64,000 nucleotides of DNA from Actinomycetota bacterium (GTDB lineage Bacteria > Actinomycetota > Geothermincolia > Geothermincolales > RBG-13-55-18). Below, piece by piece: positions 38,534-46,858 of the stretch. The stretch spans positions 11,815 to 75,814 of the forward strand of contig MU158684.1 of NCBI GenBank assembly GCA_015711955.1, read 5' to 3'. The translations under genes were made by a program, and so were the position numbers. The notes below the pieces were generated by a model that was not told the DNA's origin, searched no databases, and was given only the letters and a program-made list of their open reading frames with translations. Position 1 is the stretch's first letter. Every line of letters starts with the position of its first letter.

Positions 38534-39361
38534 TCAGCTGACGTCCACCGCTCGGGAAAGGCTCCTGATGACCCCCGCGATGGATGCCTCGTCTGGGAGG
38601 CGGATCTCCAGGGCGCCTTTTGGGCAATCGTAGACGCAAATTCCGCATCCTCGGCAGGCCTCGCTTATCTGTGCCCTGCCCTCCCCGACTCGGATGGCCC
38701 CGAACATGCATCGGTAGACACAAAGTCCGCACCCGTCGCATTCGTCGTTCCTCCTCACCTCCACGCCGGGCAGGCGGTGCAGCTTCCCGGATATCGAAGG
38801 GGATGCGAAAGGGGCGATCTTCCAAAGGCAGCAGCAAGGGCAGCAGAAACACATGGTCATGAGCCTGCTTCCCGGGCCGGTACCAAGCCACAAGGTGTCC
38901 AGCTTGTTTTTGCCCACCAACTGCACCAACCCCGCCTTTTTCGCCCATGCCAGGTGCTCGAGGGCCTCCTCCTTCGTGGCCGGGTGCCCCAGCTTGGGGT
39001 TTATGCCTCGGGCTCCCTCGCCCAAGAACAGGCACCCTATCTCGGATGGATAAACTGTGCAGCCCTCCGCCTCTCGACATACGCATGAGTTCATGATGAA
39101 CCGGTAACTGGACTTGTTCACGAAGTACTCGGCGATCCAAGCGGGAAGGACGGCAGCGCCTGACTGGGCGATGTCCTCGCCCACCTCCACCACGTTTCCT
39201 CGGGGGAGGTAACCTCGGGGGAGGTAATAGAGCTCGTCGCCCTCGAACATCAGGCGCTCCACCACCGCGCCCAGCACCGGATGTCGGGTTAGGGCGGCCA
39301 AGCGGAGCCTTTGGGGGAATAACTTTTTGATTATCTCCACCAAGATGAGCGGGGTAGCCAA
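38534..39361 (-). CDS. Cys-rich Fe-S protein (CFCCPCCC motif) with a C-terminal 2x[4Fe-4S] ferredoxin domain
   Basis: CDGCGLCVYRC and CRGCGICVYDCP ferredoxin motifs, an unusual MTMCFCCPCCCLW cluster, and CVCREAEGC. The track ORF extends to 39892 but that part overlaps larB. The TTG at 39361 sits 6 nt after GGGAGG. Confidence 0.7.
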   Translation of the reverse strand: MATPLILVEIIKKLFPQRLRLAALTRHPVLGAVVERLMFEGDELYYLPRGYLPRGNVVEVGEDIAQSGAAVLPAWIAEYFVNKSSYRFIMNSCVCREAEGCTVYPSEIGCLFLGEGARGINPKLGHPATKEEALEHLAWAKKAGLVQLVGKNKLDTLWLGTGPGSRLMTMCFCCPCCCLWKIAPFASPSISGKLHRLPGVEVRRNDECDGCGLCVYRCMFGAIRVGEGRAQISEACRGCGICVYDCPKGALEIRLPDEASIAGVIRSLSRAVDVS

Positions 39362-39417
39362 GCACACCCTCCCTTGCTGCCTCAACAAGATCGCCCTCAG
39401 GCCGGGATTTGTCGTAC

Positions 39418-40212
39418 TTATACCCGGCAGGCGGACTGGTTGATCAGGTGGGCGATGAAGCCGGCGCCGAAGCCGTTGTCGATGTTGACCACCGCGACCC
39501 CCGGGGCACAGGAATTGAGCATGGTGAGAAGGGGGGCCAGTCCGCCGAATTGGGCCCCATAGCCTACCGAGGTGGGCACGGCGATCACGGGACACGCCAC
39601 CAGTCCGCCCACCACGCTGGCCAAAGCCCCCTCCATGCCCGCCACCACCACTATGACGTTCGCCTTCTCCAGAGACGGCAGATGGGCCAACAGGCGGTGC
39701 ACCCCGGCCACCCCCACGTCGTACAACCTTTCCACCGCGTTGCCCGTGATCTCGCAAACGGCACATGCCTCTTCCGCCACGGGGATGTCGGCGGTACCGG
39801 CGCTCATGACGACCACCTTCCCCCGGGGCTCTTGCTTCTCCCTCCAGACCAAAATGGTTCGGGCCCTTTCCCGATACTCCGCCTGCGGGCAAATGTCCAT
39901 AATCCCTCGGTAGACCTCCGGTCCTGCCCTGGTGAGGATGAGGTTTCCCCGGGAATGGGTGAGCAGCTCTTTCAGGATGGCCCGGATCTCGTTCAGCTCT
40001 TTGCCCTGGCAGAACACCACCTCAGGTATGCCCTTTCGTATCTCCCGGTGGTGATCCACCTTGGCAAAATCCAGCTCTGCGTAGGGGAGGCGAACCAGCG
40101 TTTGTTCGGCCTCTTCCACGGAGATCTCGCCGCGCTTTATCTTTTCCAAGAGCGCACGGATCTCTTCCTTCTTCATGAAACCCCTCCTCGCCCCCAATTG
40201 GTAATCCCGCAA
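39418..40212 (-). CDS. larB: LarB-type (AIR-carboxylase fold) nickel-pincer cofactor biosynthesis protein
   Basis: IPEVVFCQGK..., VVVMSAGTADIPVAEEA..., VVAGMEGALASVVGGLV..PVIAVPTSVGYG...VNIDNGFGAG is a PurE-like fold with the LarB-type N-terminal extension. Confidence 0.8.
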   Translation of the reverse strand: MRDYQLGARRGFMKKEEIRALLEKIKRGEISVEEAEQTLVRLPYAELDFAKVDHHREIRKGIPEVVFCQGKELNEIRAILKELLTHSRGNLILTRAGPEVYRGIMDICPQAEYRERARTILVWREKQEPRGKVVVMSAGTADIPVAEEACAVCEITGNAVERLYDVGVAGVHRLLAHLPSLEKANVIVVVAGMEGALASVVGGLVACPVIAVPTSVGYGAQFGGLAPLLTMLNSCAPGVAVVNIDNGFGAGFIAHLINQSACRV

Positions 40213-40626
40213 TGATCTATATGAGGAAGATTATAGGACAACGGAACAGGCGCTGGAACCGGGCTGCTGAACCAGCACGGATGAGGTGTTCCACCGCGGC
40301 AGGCTCGCGAGACTCTAAAAGGGCCCGCTCAACATCCAATATATGGTAAGGCACGATGTCGTGAGAATTGCAAGCCATCTGGTTATGAGCTCTGGCGTAG
40401 TTATTGCGGCGAGGGACGGAACACAGCTGTCCTGAGAGACGAAAGTTTGGGCATGGCGGCCAATTTAGGCAGAGCTAAACTCGCCACCCTCGGAAGACCG
40501 CCCGAAATGGTTTTCCACGGCGTTGTTATTTGAAAAAACGGGGGCAGCAGTGAAGCTCGCTTCAGAAAGGATTTTTTAAGAGGAAAGCCCTTTGCGCCCT
40601 GCAGCCCCCGTTCCCGTCCTCCGCGA

Positions 40627-40899
40627 TTACCTCAAATCTCTCATTGAGCGGCTTTGCACCTTCGGTCTTGCTTGGTTGACCTTTATGAGCCTGCCCTCGA
40701 ACTCCTTGTTGTCCAGCTCCGCGATGGCAGTCCTGGCTTCGTCGTCATTGGGCATCTCCACGAAGCCGAAGCCACGGCTCCTGCCGGTCTCGCGGTCACG
40801 GATGATGTTGACATCTCCCACCTCTCCATAGGCCTCGAAAAGCCTACGGAGACCTTCCTCGGTGGATGCGTAGTTCAGGTTGCCGACGTAGATGTTCAT
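40627..40899 (-). CDS. RRM-type RNA-binding protein
   Basis: MNIYVGNL (RNP2) and RGFGFVEM (RNP1). ATG 40899 is preceded by AGGAG. Confidence 0.85.
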   Translation of the reverse strand: MNIYVGNLNYASTEEGLRRLFEAYGEVGDVNIIRDRETGRSRGFGFVEMPNDDEARTAIAELDNKEFEGRLIKVNQARPKVQSRSMRDLR

Positions 40900-41056
40900 G
40901 GGCGCTAACTCATCTCCTTTCCGTCCGCTCCCCGCTCCTGCACCGAAACCAAACACGGGGAGGATGCCCCAAAAGCATCTCCCCAATTGTAAACAATATG
41001 AGTCGATTTGGCAAAGGCGATTCCCCGAAATAGGCAAACCCTGAGCCTTTAGTTCG

Positions 41057-41278
41057 TCAAGGGCTTCCCAGTTGCCTGTGTCTGGATATGGGCCTGGGTA
41101 TCTCGCTCACCGGTTTCGAGCTGTCCTGATAGCATCCCCCTTTCTTTGAGGATTCTTGGATGCGACGCCTGATGGTCTTGTCCAGGAATTCCAAAGCGGC
41201 GGATCCGTCACCGTCTATGACAATCCTTTCCAGCTCCATCCTCTCTTCCTCGGTTATGGATATGACCCAGTTTTTCAT
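41057..41278 (-). CDS. small hypothetical protein
   Basis: A 73-aa ORF with a plausible helical N-terminal half (ITEEERMELERIVIDGDGSAALEFL). No motif recognised. Confidence 0.4.
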   Translation of the reverse strand: MKNWVISITEEERMELERIVIDGDGSAALEFLDKTIRRRIQESSKKGGCYQDSSKPVSEIPRPISRHRQLGSP

Positions 41279-41419
41279 CTTTCCCTCCGGTTCTCACTAA
41301 TGCCCTTATGGCCCCGCTGAGTCACGCAAGAGAATCATAAGCGTGAACCTTCCACAACATCTCGCTTTAATTGCATATTTTTATTTGCGACCATGATTTG
41401 GAAAATACCATTGGACAGA

Positions 41420-42313
41420 TCACATCAAACCTGAGCGTTGCAGCGTTTCCTTTACTTTCGTGGACATCCCTTCATCGATGGAGGGCAAGGGCTTTTTCAC
41501 CACGGTCTTCACTGGATGTCCCAAAAGCCGCAGAGCTTCCTTGATCATGGCGTGCGGTGACGGTGAAGCCAACAGAGGGGCTAAAGTTCTCACCTCATCC
41601 TGTAACTCCGATGCCTTTTTCCATTCTTCTGCCCGTAGGGCGCGGAACAGATCCACTGAGGTTTCGGGGATGATGTTAGGGATGGGGCATATTGCCCCAC
41701 ATGCCCCTACCGCCATGGCTTCCGTCAGGTTGAGGGTGGTTCCGGTCAGGGTACAGAACCCTTCGTCGGTCAGCTGGGCCAATCTGCCAATCTCTTCCAT
41801 GTCGAATATGGTTTCCTTCGCCCCGGTGATCCATCCCTCGGCTGCCATGGAAGCGATGGCCTCCGGGGATAGTTCGATGCCGGTATGGGATGGGAAGTTA
41901 TAGTAAAGAAGGGGGATTTTGGTGGAGGTGGCGAGCTCACGGTAAAAATCCAACACTTCCCTCTCGCTCAGAGGATAGAAACGATGCAGCGCCACCAGGG
42001 CAGCATCGGCGCCGGCTTTTTCGGCATGAATTGTCATCTCAAGGGCATCATCCAGACCTCTTTCGTTTATGCCCACCACGACGGGTACCCTACCCGCACA
42101 CGTCTCCACCACCATTTCCACGATCTTCTTGCGGTCTTCCTCTCTTATGTAGGGACATTCCCCATTGCTTCCCAGCACCAGGATCCCTTGGATCCCGCGA
42201 GATATGAGGAATTCGGCGAAGTAGGTCATTGCCCTTTCGTCCACCTCGCCGCCCTCGTCAAAGAATGAGGGTAGAACCGCCACTATCCCTTCGATTCTAA
42301 CTCTATCTCTCAC
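41420..42313 (-). CDS. DapA/N-acetylneuraminate-lyase-family class I aldolase
   Basis: ILVLGSNGE (GxxGE block), YYNFP, and ITGAKET (Schiff-base Lys region). 297 aa. Confidence 0.75.
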   Translation of the reverse strand: MRDRVRIEGIVAVLPSFFDEGGEVDERAMTYFAEFLISRGIQGILVLGSNGECPYIREEDRKKIVEMVVETCAGRVPVVVGINERGLDDALEMTIHAEKAGADAALVALHRFYPLSEREVLDFYRELATSTKIPLLYYNFPSHTGIELSPEAIASMAAEGWITGAKETIFDMEEIGRLAQLTDEGFCTLTGTTLNLTEAMAVGACGAICPIPNIIPETSVDLFRALRAEEWKKASELQDEVRTLAPLLASPSPHAMIKEALRLLGHPVKTVVKKPLPSIDEGMSTKVKETLQRSGLM

Positions 42314-42598
42314 CGCGGGACCTCCCTTCCGTTAGTGCCTGAATGACCCGTATCGTTCGGGACGACGAGCGCCCTCTGGAATAGAATAAACCTGACTAGG
42401 GAAAGTAGCAGCTTTTGCGGGGGAGCCGTAGGTTTTCCGTGTCGCCCTATCGCGGGGTTGAATGGGCAGATCGGCGGCCCGTGCCGGACACGTACGGGCG
42501 GGCCATCCCCTAAGAGATGGCCTTGGGCCCATTTCTCTCTGAGTCGACATGGCCGTAGGTTCCAGGAGTGATCGCGGGGTCCTTGGAGGAGAAGAGGT

Positions 42599-43528
42599 GT
42601 GACGCGCCACGCATGTTCGCTTCCATCGGGGTTCAGTGGTAGCACGGAGGGCCTGCGCAGGATCGCCTTGGGCTTGGCCGTCAACCTGGCGTTTACCGCT
42701 TTCGAGCTTTTGGCCGGGTTTCTCTCCCGGAGCATGGCCCTCTTGGGGGATGCCGGTCACAACTTCGCTGATTCACTGGCGCTGGTGCTGGCCCTCACCG
42801 CCGCCTATGCGGCTTCCATGCCCAGGACGGAGAAAAGGACCTTCGGGTATCACCGGTTGGGCATATTGGCGGCCTTCTTCAACTCCCTCCTCGTCGCGGG
42901 CTTGAGCCTTTTGCTCCTCGTAGGGGCTTTGGGAAGGTTGCGGGAGCCACCGGAGGTGAGGAGCCTGGTGGTCATGGCGGTGGCCGGGGCGGGTTTTTTG
43001 GTCAATGGATCGGTGGCGCTTTACCTGAGAAGAGGAGGAGATGACCTCAACCTCGAGGCGGCTTTCCTCCATCTCTTCGCCGACTCACTCGTTTCGCTTG
43101 CCGTTTTCGCGGGGGGAGCGATCACGGCCGTCACCGGCTGGTGGATTGTGGATCCCGCGCTCACCATGGCCTTGGCCGTCTTGGTCATGATCGCCGCTTC
43201 ACGGATATTGAAGGAATCAGTCCACGTGCTCATGGAGTCTGTGCCGCGAGGCCTCAATTATAGAGAGGTTCTCCGGGCCCTCGAGGGAATCGAGGGGGTG
43301 AAGGGCGTCCATGACCTTCACATCTGGGAAGTGGGATCCCGCATTTTCTCCCTTTCCGCCCACCTTGTGGTGGAGGACGCCCCCTTGAGCGCCCACCGAG
43401 AGGTGATAGACGAAGCCAAGAGGATGTTGCGGGAAAAGTACCGAGTGGTGCACGCCACCCTGGAACTGGAATCAGAGCCCTGCAGTCCCGGGGAATGTAA
43501 TTTCGGGCTCGAGCCTGATGGGGATTGA
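42599..43528 (+). CDS. cation diffusion facilitator family metal efflux transporter (CzcD/ZitB-like)
   Basis: SMALLGDAGHNFADS, FLHLFADSLVS, and a C-terminal cytoplasmic domain VHDLHIWEV...LSAHL. GTG start. Confidence 0.9.
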   Translation: MTRHACSLPSGFSGSTEGLRRIALGLAVNLAFTAFELLAGFLSRSMALLGDAGHNFADSLALVLALTAAYAASMPRTEKRTFGYHRLGILAAFFNSLLVAGLSLLLLVGALGRLREPPEVRSLVVMAVAGAGFLVNGSVALYLRRGGDDLNLEAAFLHLFADSLVSLAVFAGGAITAVTGWWIVDPALTMALAVLVMIAASRILKESVHVLMESVPRGLNYREVLRALEGIEGVKGVHDLHIWEVGSRIFSLSAHLVVEDAPLSAHREVIDEAKRMLREKYRVVHATLELESEPCSPGECNFGLEPDGD

Positions 43529-43743
43529 TTCAACCCAAGGCCTCACGCTGAGGTGAGGCTGCCGACCCCATGGAGGGAAGACCCCTTTCACGAACATGTC
43601 AGCTCAACGAACTCTAAGGGACGGTCCGACAAGCGGCCGATGGTTCATCCCTGAAGTAGGTTCCCGTCTTTTCTGGTTTGGTCGGGGGTAGCTCGCCGAA
43701 GGAGAATCGAGATGTCGTTTCGGCGCTGAAGCATCGTGGCGGC

Positions 43744-44832
43744 TCAAGAGATCACAAACCGCCTTTCTTTTTTCCTGACCTCTACGAAAAGATCGCCCCC
43801 TGCGTCGAGTTCCCACTCCACTTCCGAATCGAGATCGTAAGCTTTTTCGTAGCCTCCCTGGACCATACCGGCCAGCATAAGGTGGAGAGCGGGACTGGAT
43901 ACCCTCAAAAAGACGCCCTCTCTGCCTGCCCTGTATTCGAGCACTTCTCCCAGGCCTCGCAAGGCGAGCTGTTCCCGCACGCTCTTGTGGTCCGAGAGGT
44001 CGATGAACCTCAGGCCTTCCTTGGCGTTGCGTCTTTGGGCCTCCACCACTGCCCGGGGAATGGCCTCCCCCAATTCCCATTCCAGCGCCTGGAACACCGA
44101 GTCGAGCAGCCCCGGCCCCAGAAGGGCCATACGCCGTCCGGTCACGGTGTTCAGGATTATGCCGTTCTTGAGGTCCCATCGGTAACGTCGGTAGGCCTTC
44201 GGGGCTCCGCACGATGGGCAGCGAGGGAGGTTGACGTCTCCGCTGCGGGGAAAGTGGGCCTCCAGGCGGAGCCTTTCCTTGAGGACTTCGGGGTATCTAG
44301 TCCAGTAAGTGGTGAACTCGTAGAGTTTGGGCTCCACCTCATGGTAGCTCACAGAGTACTCCCCTCCTATCAGGCAGGCGATGACGCCGGCGAAGGCCCC
44401 GGCTGCCTCGAGGACCGAGAAAGGCCGGTATATGCGGATGGTGCAATAGTCGTCCTTTTTGCCTTCGTACTTGTAATCCAGGAAAGAGTATCTCCCGTAG
44501 CCGATGATATGGCAGAAATCGATTATGGGCATGGCCACCAGCGGTGGCTCCACCAGGCCTTCCCTGACGTTCTCCTTCACTTCCTCCGGTATCACGCTTT
44601 CCATGTAGAGCTGACATCCGCGAGCGGTGATGTTGACCACCAGATGATCGATGGGAAGGCCGGTGATCCTGCCGATGTGTTGGAAGAGGGGATCAATGAA
44701 CTCGCACTCCAGGAAAGCCACTCGCGCCCTTTCGTTCATGGACTGAACCATGGAGCCGTCCCGGAGCCAGCGGTGAGAGCGGGTGAAGGGCTCGGGAACT
44801 CCACATTCCCCGCACGTTCGGATCTCGTACAA
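43744..44832 (-). CDS. hypothetical protein with two CxxC zinc-ribbon-like motifs, each followed by a similar alpha/beta segment (possible V4R-like ligand-binding modules)
   Basis: CGECG at the N-terminus and CPSCG mid-protein. Balanced amino-acid composition, unlike the longer antisense ORF 43678..45012. No family recognised with certainty. Confidence 0.6.
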   Translation of the reverse strand: MYEIRTCGECGVPEPFTRSHRWLRDGSMVQSMNERARVAFLECEFIDPLFQHIGRITGLPIDHLVVNITARGCQLYMESVIPEEVKENVREGLVEPPLVAMPIIDFCHIIGYGRYSFLDYKYEGKKDDYCTIRIYRPFSVLEAAGAFAGVIACLIGGEYSVSYHEVEPKLYEFTTYWTRYPEVLKERLRLEAHFPRSGDVNLPRCPSCGAPKAYRRYRWDLKNGIILNTVTGRRMALLGPGLLDSVFQALEWELGEAIPRAVVEAQRRNAKEGLRFIDLSDHKSVREQLALRGLGEVLEYRAGREGVFLRVSSPALHLMLAGMVQGGYEKAYDLDSEVEWELDAGGDLFVEVRKKERRFVIS

Positions 44833-45095
44833 CGCCTACAACCCCTTCCTTGCCCCTTCTTCCCGTATTGTTTTCTCGGCCTTTTGGTTCGACAAGTTAA
44901 TCCCATACGAGTATTTTCCCCCAGGGAGTCGGGGTCGTGGGTTTATGGTGAAAAATGGTTCGCGTGCCTGGGGAAGGGCGGAGCCAGGCGTGAGTGGCTT
45001 AATGGTCGTTGAGATCAAGTACGTCCATACGTAAAGACCTCAAGACCGAGAGGCGCAGGGGCTCATCCGTTTTGCCGGCCGTGATTTTCCGCCGA

Positions 45096-45121
45096 CAAAA
45101 AAACCCCGGGAAATCCCGGGA
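45096..45121 (-). terminator. rho-independent terminator downstream of tRNA-Asn
   Basis: The minus strand reads CCCGGG-AUUU-CCCGGGG followed by UUUUUUU. Confidence 0.6.
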
Positions 45122-45150
45122 TGAACAAAAAGAGCGAAAAAGAACGGTTT

Positions 45151-45225
45151 TGGCTCCCCGGGAGGGACTCGAACCCCCAACCTAGTGGTTAACAGCCACC
45201 CGCTCTACCATTGAGCTACCGGGGA
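45151..45225 (-). tRNA. tRNA-Asn (anticodon GUU), CCA encoded
   Basis: The minus strand reads TCCCCGGTAGCTCAATGGTAGAGCGGGTGGCTGTTAACCACTAGGTTGGGGGTTCGAGTCCCTCCCGGGGAGCCA. I folded the cloverleaf by hand: 7-bp acceptor stem, GTTCGAGTC T-loop, CTGTTAA anticodon loop. Confidence 0.9.
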
Positions 45226-45272
45226 ACTCGCAAGTCGGCTCATCGGATCGGGTCCGAATTTGGCCGGTATGA

Positions 45273-45301
45273 ATTATATGATAACACCTTTCGCGCCTCA
45301 A
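45273..45301 (-). promoter_or_regulatory. sigma70-like promoter for tRNA-Asn (TTGAGG - 17 nt - TATAAT)
   Basis: On the minus strand, -35 is at 45301-45296 and -10 at 45278-45273, about 50 nt upstream of the tRNA 5' end. Confidence 0.5.
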
Positions 45302-45631
45302 CACCCGGGATTAACTGTCTTTTTCGTTTCTTCCGGCAAACGCAGGACGATTCCGTTCGGCAAGCACGATCACCCTTTCTTCCTCTCGAGATTGCTTGTT
45401 TTTCCAGGGTGACGAGATGGGCTCTCGTCTTTTTCAGCCCGGAAAGCGCTTACCGAGACGCTACGGCATCCTGTCGCTCGGTAGGGCGGGCCTTGGTTAC
45501 AAGACCCTAGAGCCGACTTGTGCGGGCGAGGCGTGTTTATAATCGAGTGTGATCGAGTGTGACTAAATGACTCGGACGAGACGATAGGTCTAGCCCTTGG
45601 GACAATAAGGAGAGAGGCGGGGATCAAGACG

Positions 45632-46171
45632 GTGGGTTCCATCGGCCTTATCTGCTTCGGGTCCTTCGATTACCGGGAGCTGAGCTTTCTCCCTTCCCGT
45701 CTGCGGGAGTTGTTGGGGCTGAAGGCCCTCTGGGCGGGGCATGTACCCTTGCCAGGCTCAGCCTACCGGCGCGCTCGGGGTCAGTACTTGGCCTCTGGGT
45801 TGCTGGAGTCCCTCACGGCTATGGGTGGCGATCATCTGAAGCTGTTGGGATTGACCGAAGAGGACCTTTATGCCCCCGGGCTTAATTTCGTCTTCGGGCA
45901 GGCCCAGTGGGGAGGGAGGTGTGCCGTGGTTTCCCTGGCGCGGCTTCGCCCCACTTTCTACGGTCTGCCCCACCGGGAGCGGCTCTTTTGTTCCAGGACG
46001 GTGAAAGAGGCGGTGCACGAGCTCGGCCACACCTTCATGCTCCCCCATTGTCCCAACCCCTATTGCGTCATGTGTTTTTCCAATTGTCTCGAGGATACGG
46101 ATCGCAAGTCGGAGGAGTTCTGCGCCGAGTGCCGCGAAATCCTCGATCGAACGCTCCGGGGATTGCGCTGA
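45632..46171 (+). CDS. amzA: archaemetzincin-like zinc metalloprotease
   Basis: HELGHTFMLPHCPNPYCVM....CAECRE matches the archaemetzincin HExxHxxxxxHC...CxM...CxxC signature. GTG start. Confidence 0.8.
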   Translation: MGSIGLICFGSFDYRELSFLPSRLRELLGLKALWAGHVPLPGSAYRRARGQYLASGLLESLTAMGGDHLKLLGLTEEDLYAPGLNFVFGQAQWGGRCAVVSLARLRPTFYGLPHRERLFCSRTVKEAVHELGHTFMLPHCPNPYCVMCFSNCLEDTDRKSEEFCAECREILDRTLRGLR

Positions 46172-46305
46172 GTAGGAGGTATCTCGCCTCCGGACCAGAA
46201 GGATGCGGCTCAAGGAGGCAAGGCAGGCGATTTACAGGCCAACCCCTCGGCGTGATCATGCGAGGTCAGATGGCCCGTGTGCCAGAGGGCTGGTAGAATA
46301 AACCC

Positions 46306-46851
46306 ATGAGACTCGAGGAGATAAGGGCCTGGACGGACGAGAACGCCAAGGCGATAGCGGATGTCCTTACCCTGATAAGGTTGGTTTGCGTCTTCCTCAT
46401 CTTGATTTGTGCCTTAACCACTTCCCGACACCTTCTTCCGCTGGTCATCTTGTTGACGCTTGTGGGATGGACCACCGATATATTGGACGGCAGGATGGCC
46501 CGTAGGGACAAGAGCGGGACCCGCACTTGGGTGGGGGACAACGACTTCGCGGTGGACATGGGCTTGATATATTCCGGTTTGGTTTATCTTATCTCCGCTC
46601 GCTTCCTTCCTTTCTGGCCCTTTTTGGTCTATGGGATCTACGCCGCCACTTGTGCCCTGATCTGGACCAAGAGGTCAGTGATGATGGGCCAAGCCGCTCC
46701 CATCGCGGCCGCCCCCATAGTGGTGGCCTTCGCGCACGAGCCTTTCTGGGGATGGGTTTTTCTTTGCTGGATAGCGGTGGCCCTCGCCCTGAATTGGAGG
46801 CGCTTCTTGGGCGTGGTGGGAGGCTTCATCAGCGACATGGAGAACGGGTGA
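46306..46851 (+). CDS. CDP-alcohol phosphatidyltransferase-family membrane protein
   Basis: TDILDGRMARRDKSGTRTWVGDNDFAVD is close to D-x2-DG-x2-AR...G-x3-D-x3-D. Multiple TM helices. Confidence 0.8.
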   Translation: MRLEEIRAWTDENAKAIADVLTLIRLVCVFLILICALTTSRHLLPLVILLTLVGWTTDILDGRMARRDKSGTRTWVGDNDFAVDMGLIYSGLVYLISARFLPFWPFLVYGIYAATCALIWTKRSVMMGQAAPIAAAPIVVAFAHEPFWGWVFLCWIAVALALNWRRFLGVVGGFISDMENG

Positions 46852-46858
46852 GGGGTGG

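Noticed and set aside
39362-39892. N-terminal 177 codons of track ORF 38534..39892.
   Set aside because: It overlaps the larB coding region in another frame and translates to Gly/Arg repeats. GGGAGG plus TTG at 39361 fits the real start.
40213-40626. Riboswitch or sRNA in the 414-bp region upstream of larB; a CUGAGA-containing multi-stem on the plus strand looked faintly TPP-like.
   Set aside because: It lacks the pyrimidine-sensing ACCUGAUCUGGAUAAUGCCAGCG-type helix, and it is on the strand opposite the flanking genes. Only a probable terminator for the RRM gene (about 40540-40612, minus strand) and a TATAAT about 60 nt upstream of larB are apparent.
42314-42598. Possible NiCo (czcD-motif) or other metal riboswitch in the 285-bp region upstream of the CDF transporter.
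   Set aside because: GC-rich hairpins are present. I could not find the repeated ACAG-type junction motifs I recall for the czcD motif. Without a covariance-model search there is no support.
43678-45012. A 444-aa plus-strand ORF, the longest in its region.
   Set aside because: It is antisense to the better-looking 362-aa minus-strand ORF. Its composition (His/Pro/Gly/Val-rich, Lys/Ile-poor) and lack of an RBS are typical of a GC-rich shadow frame.
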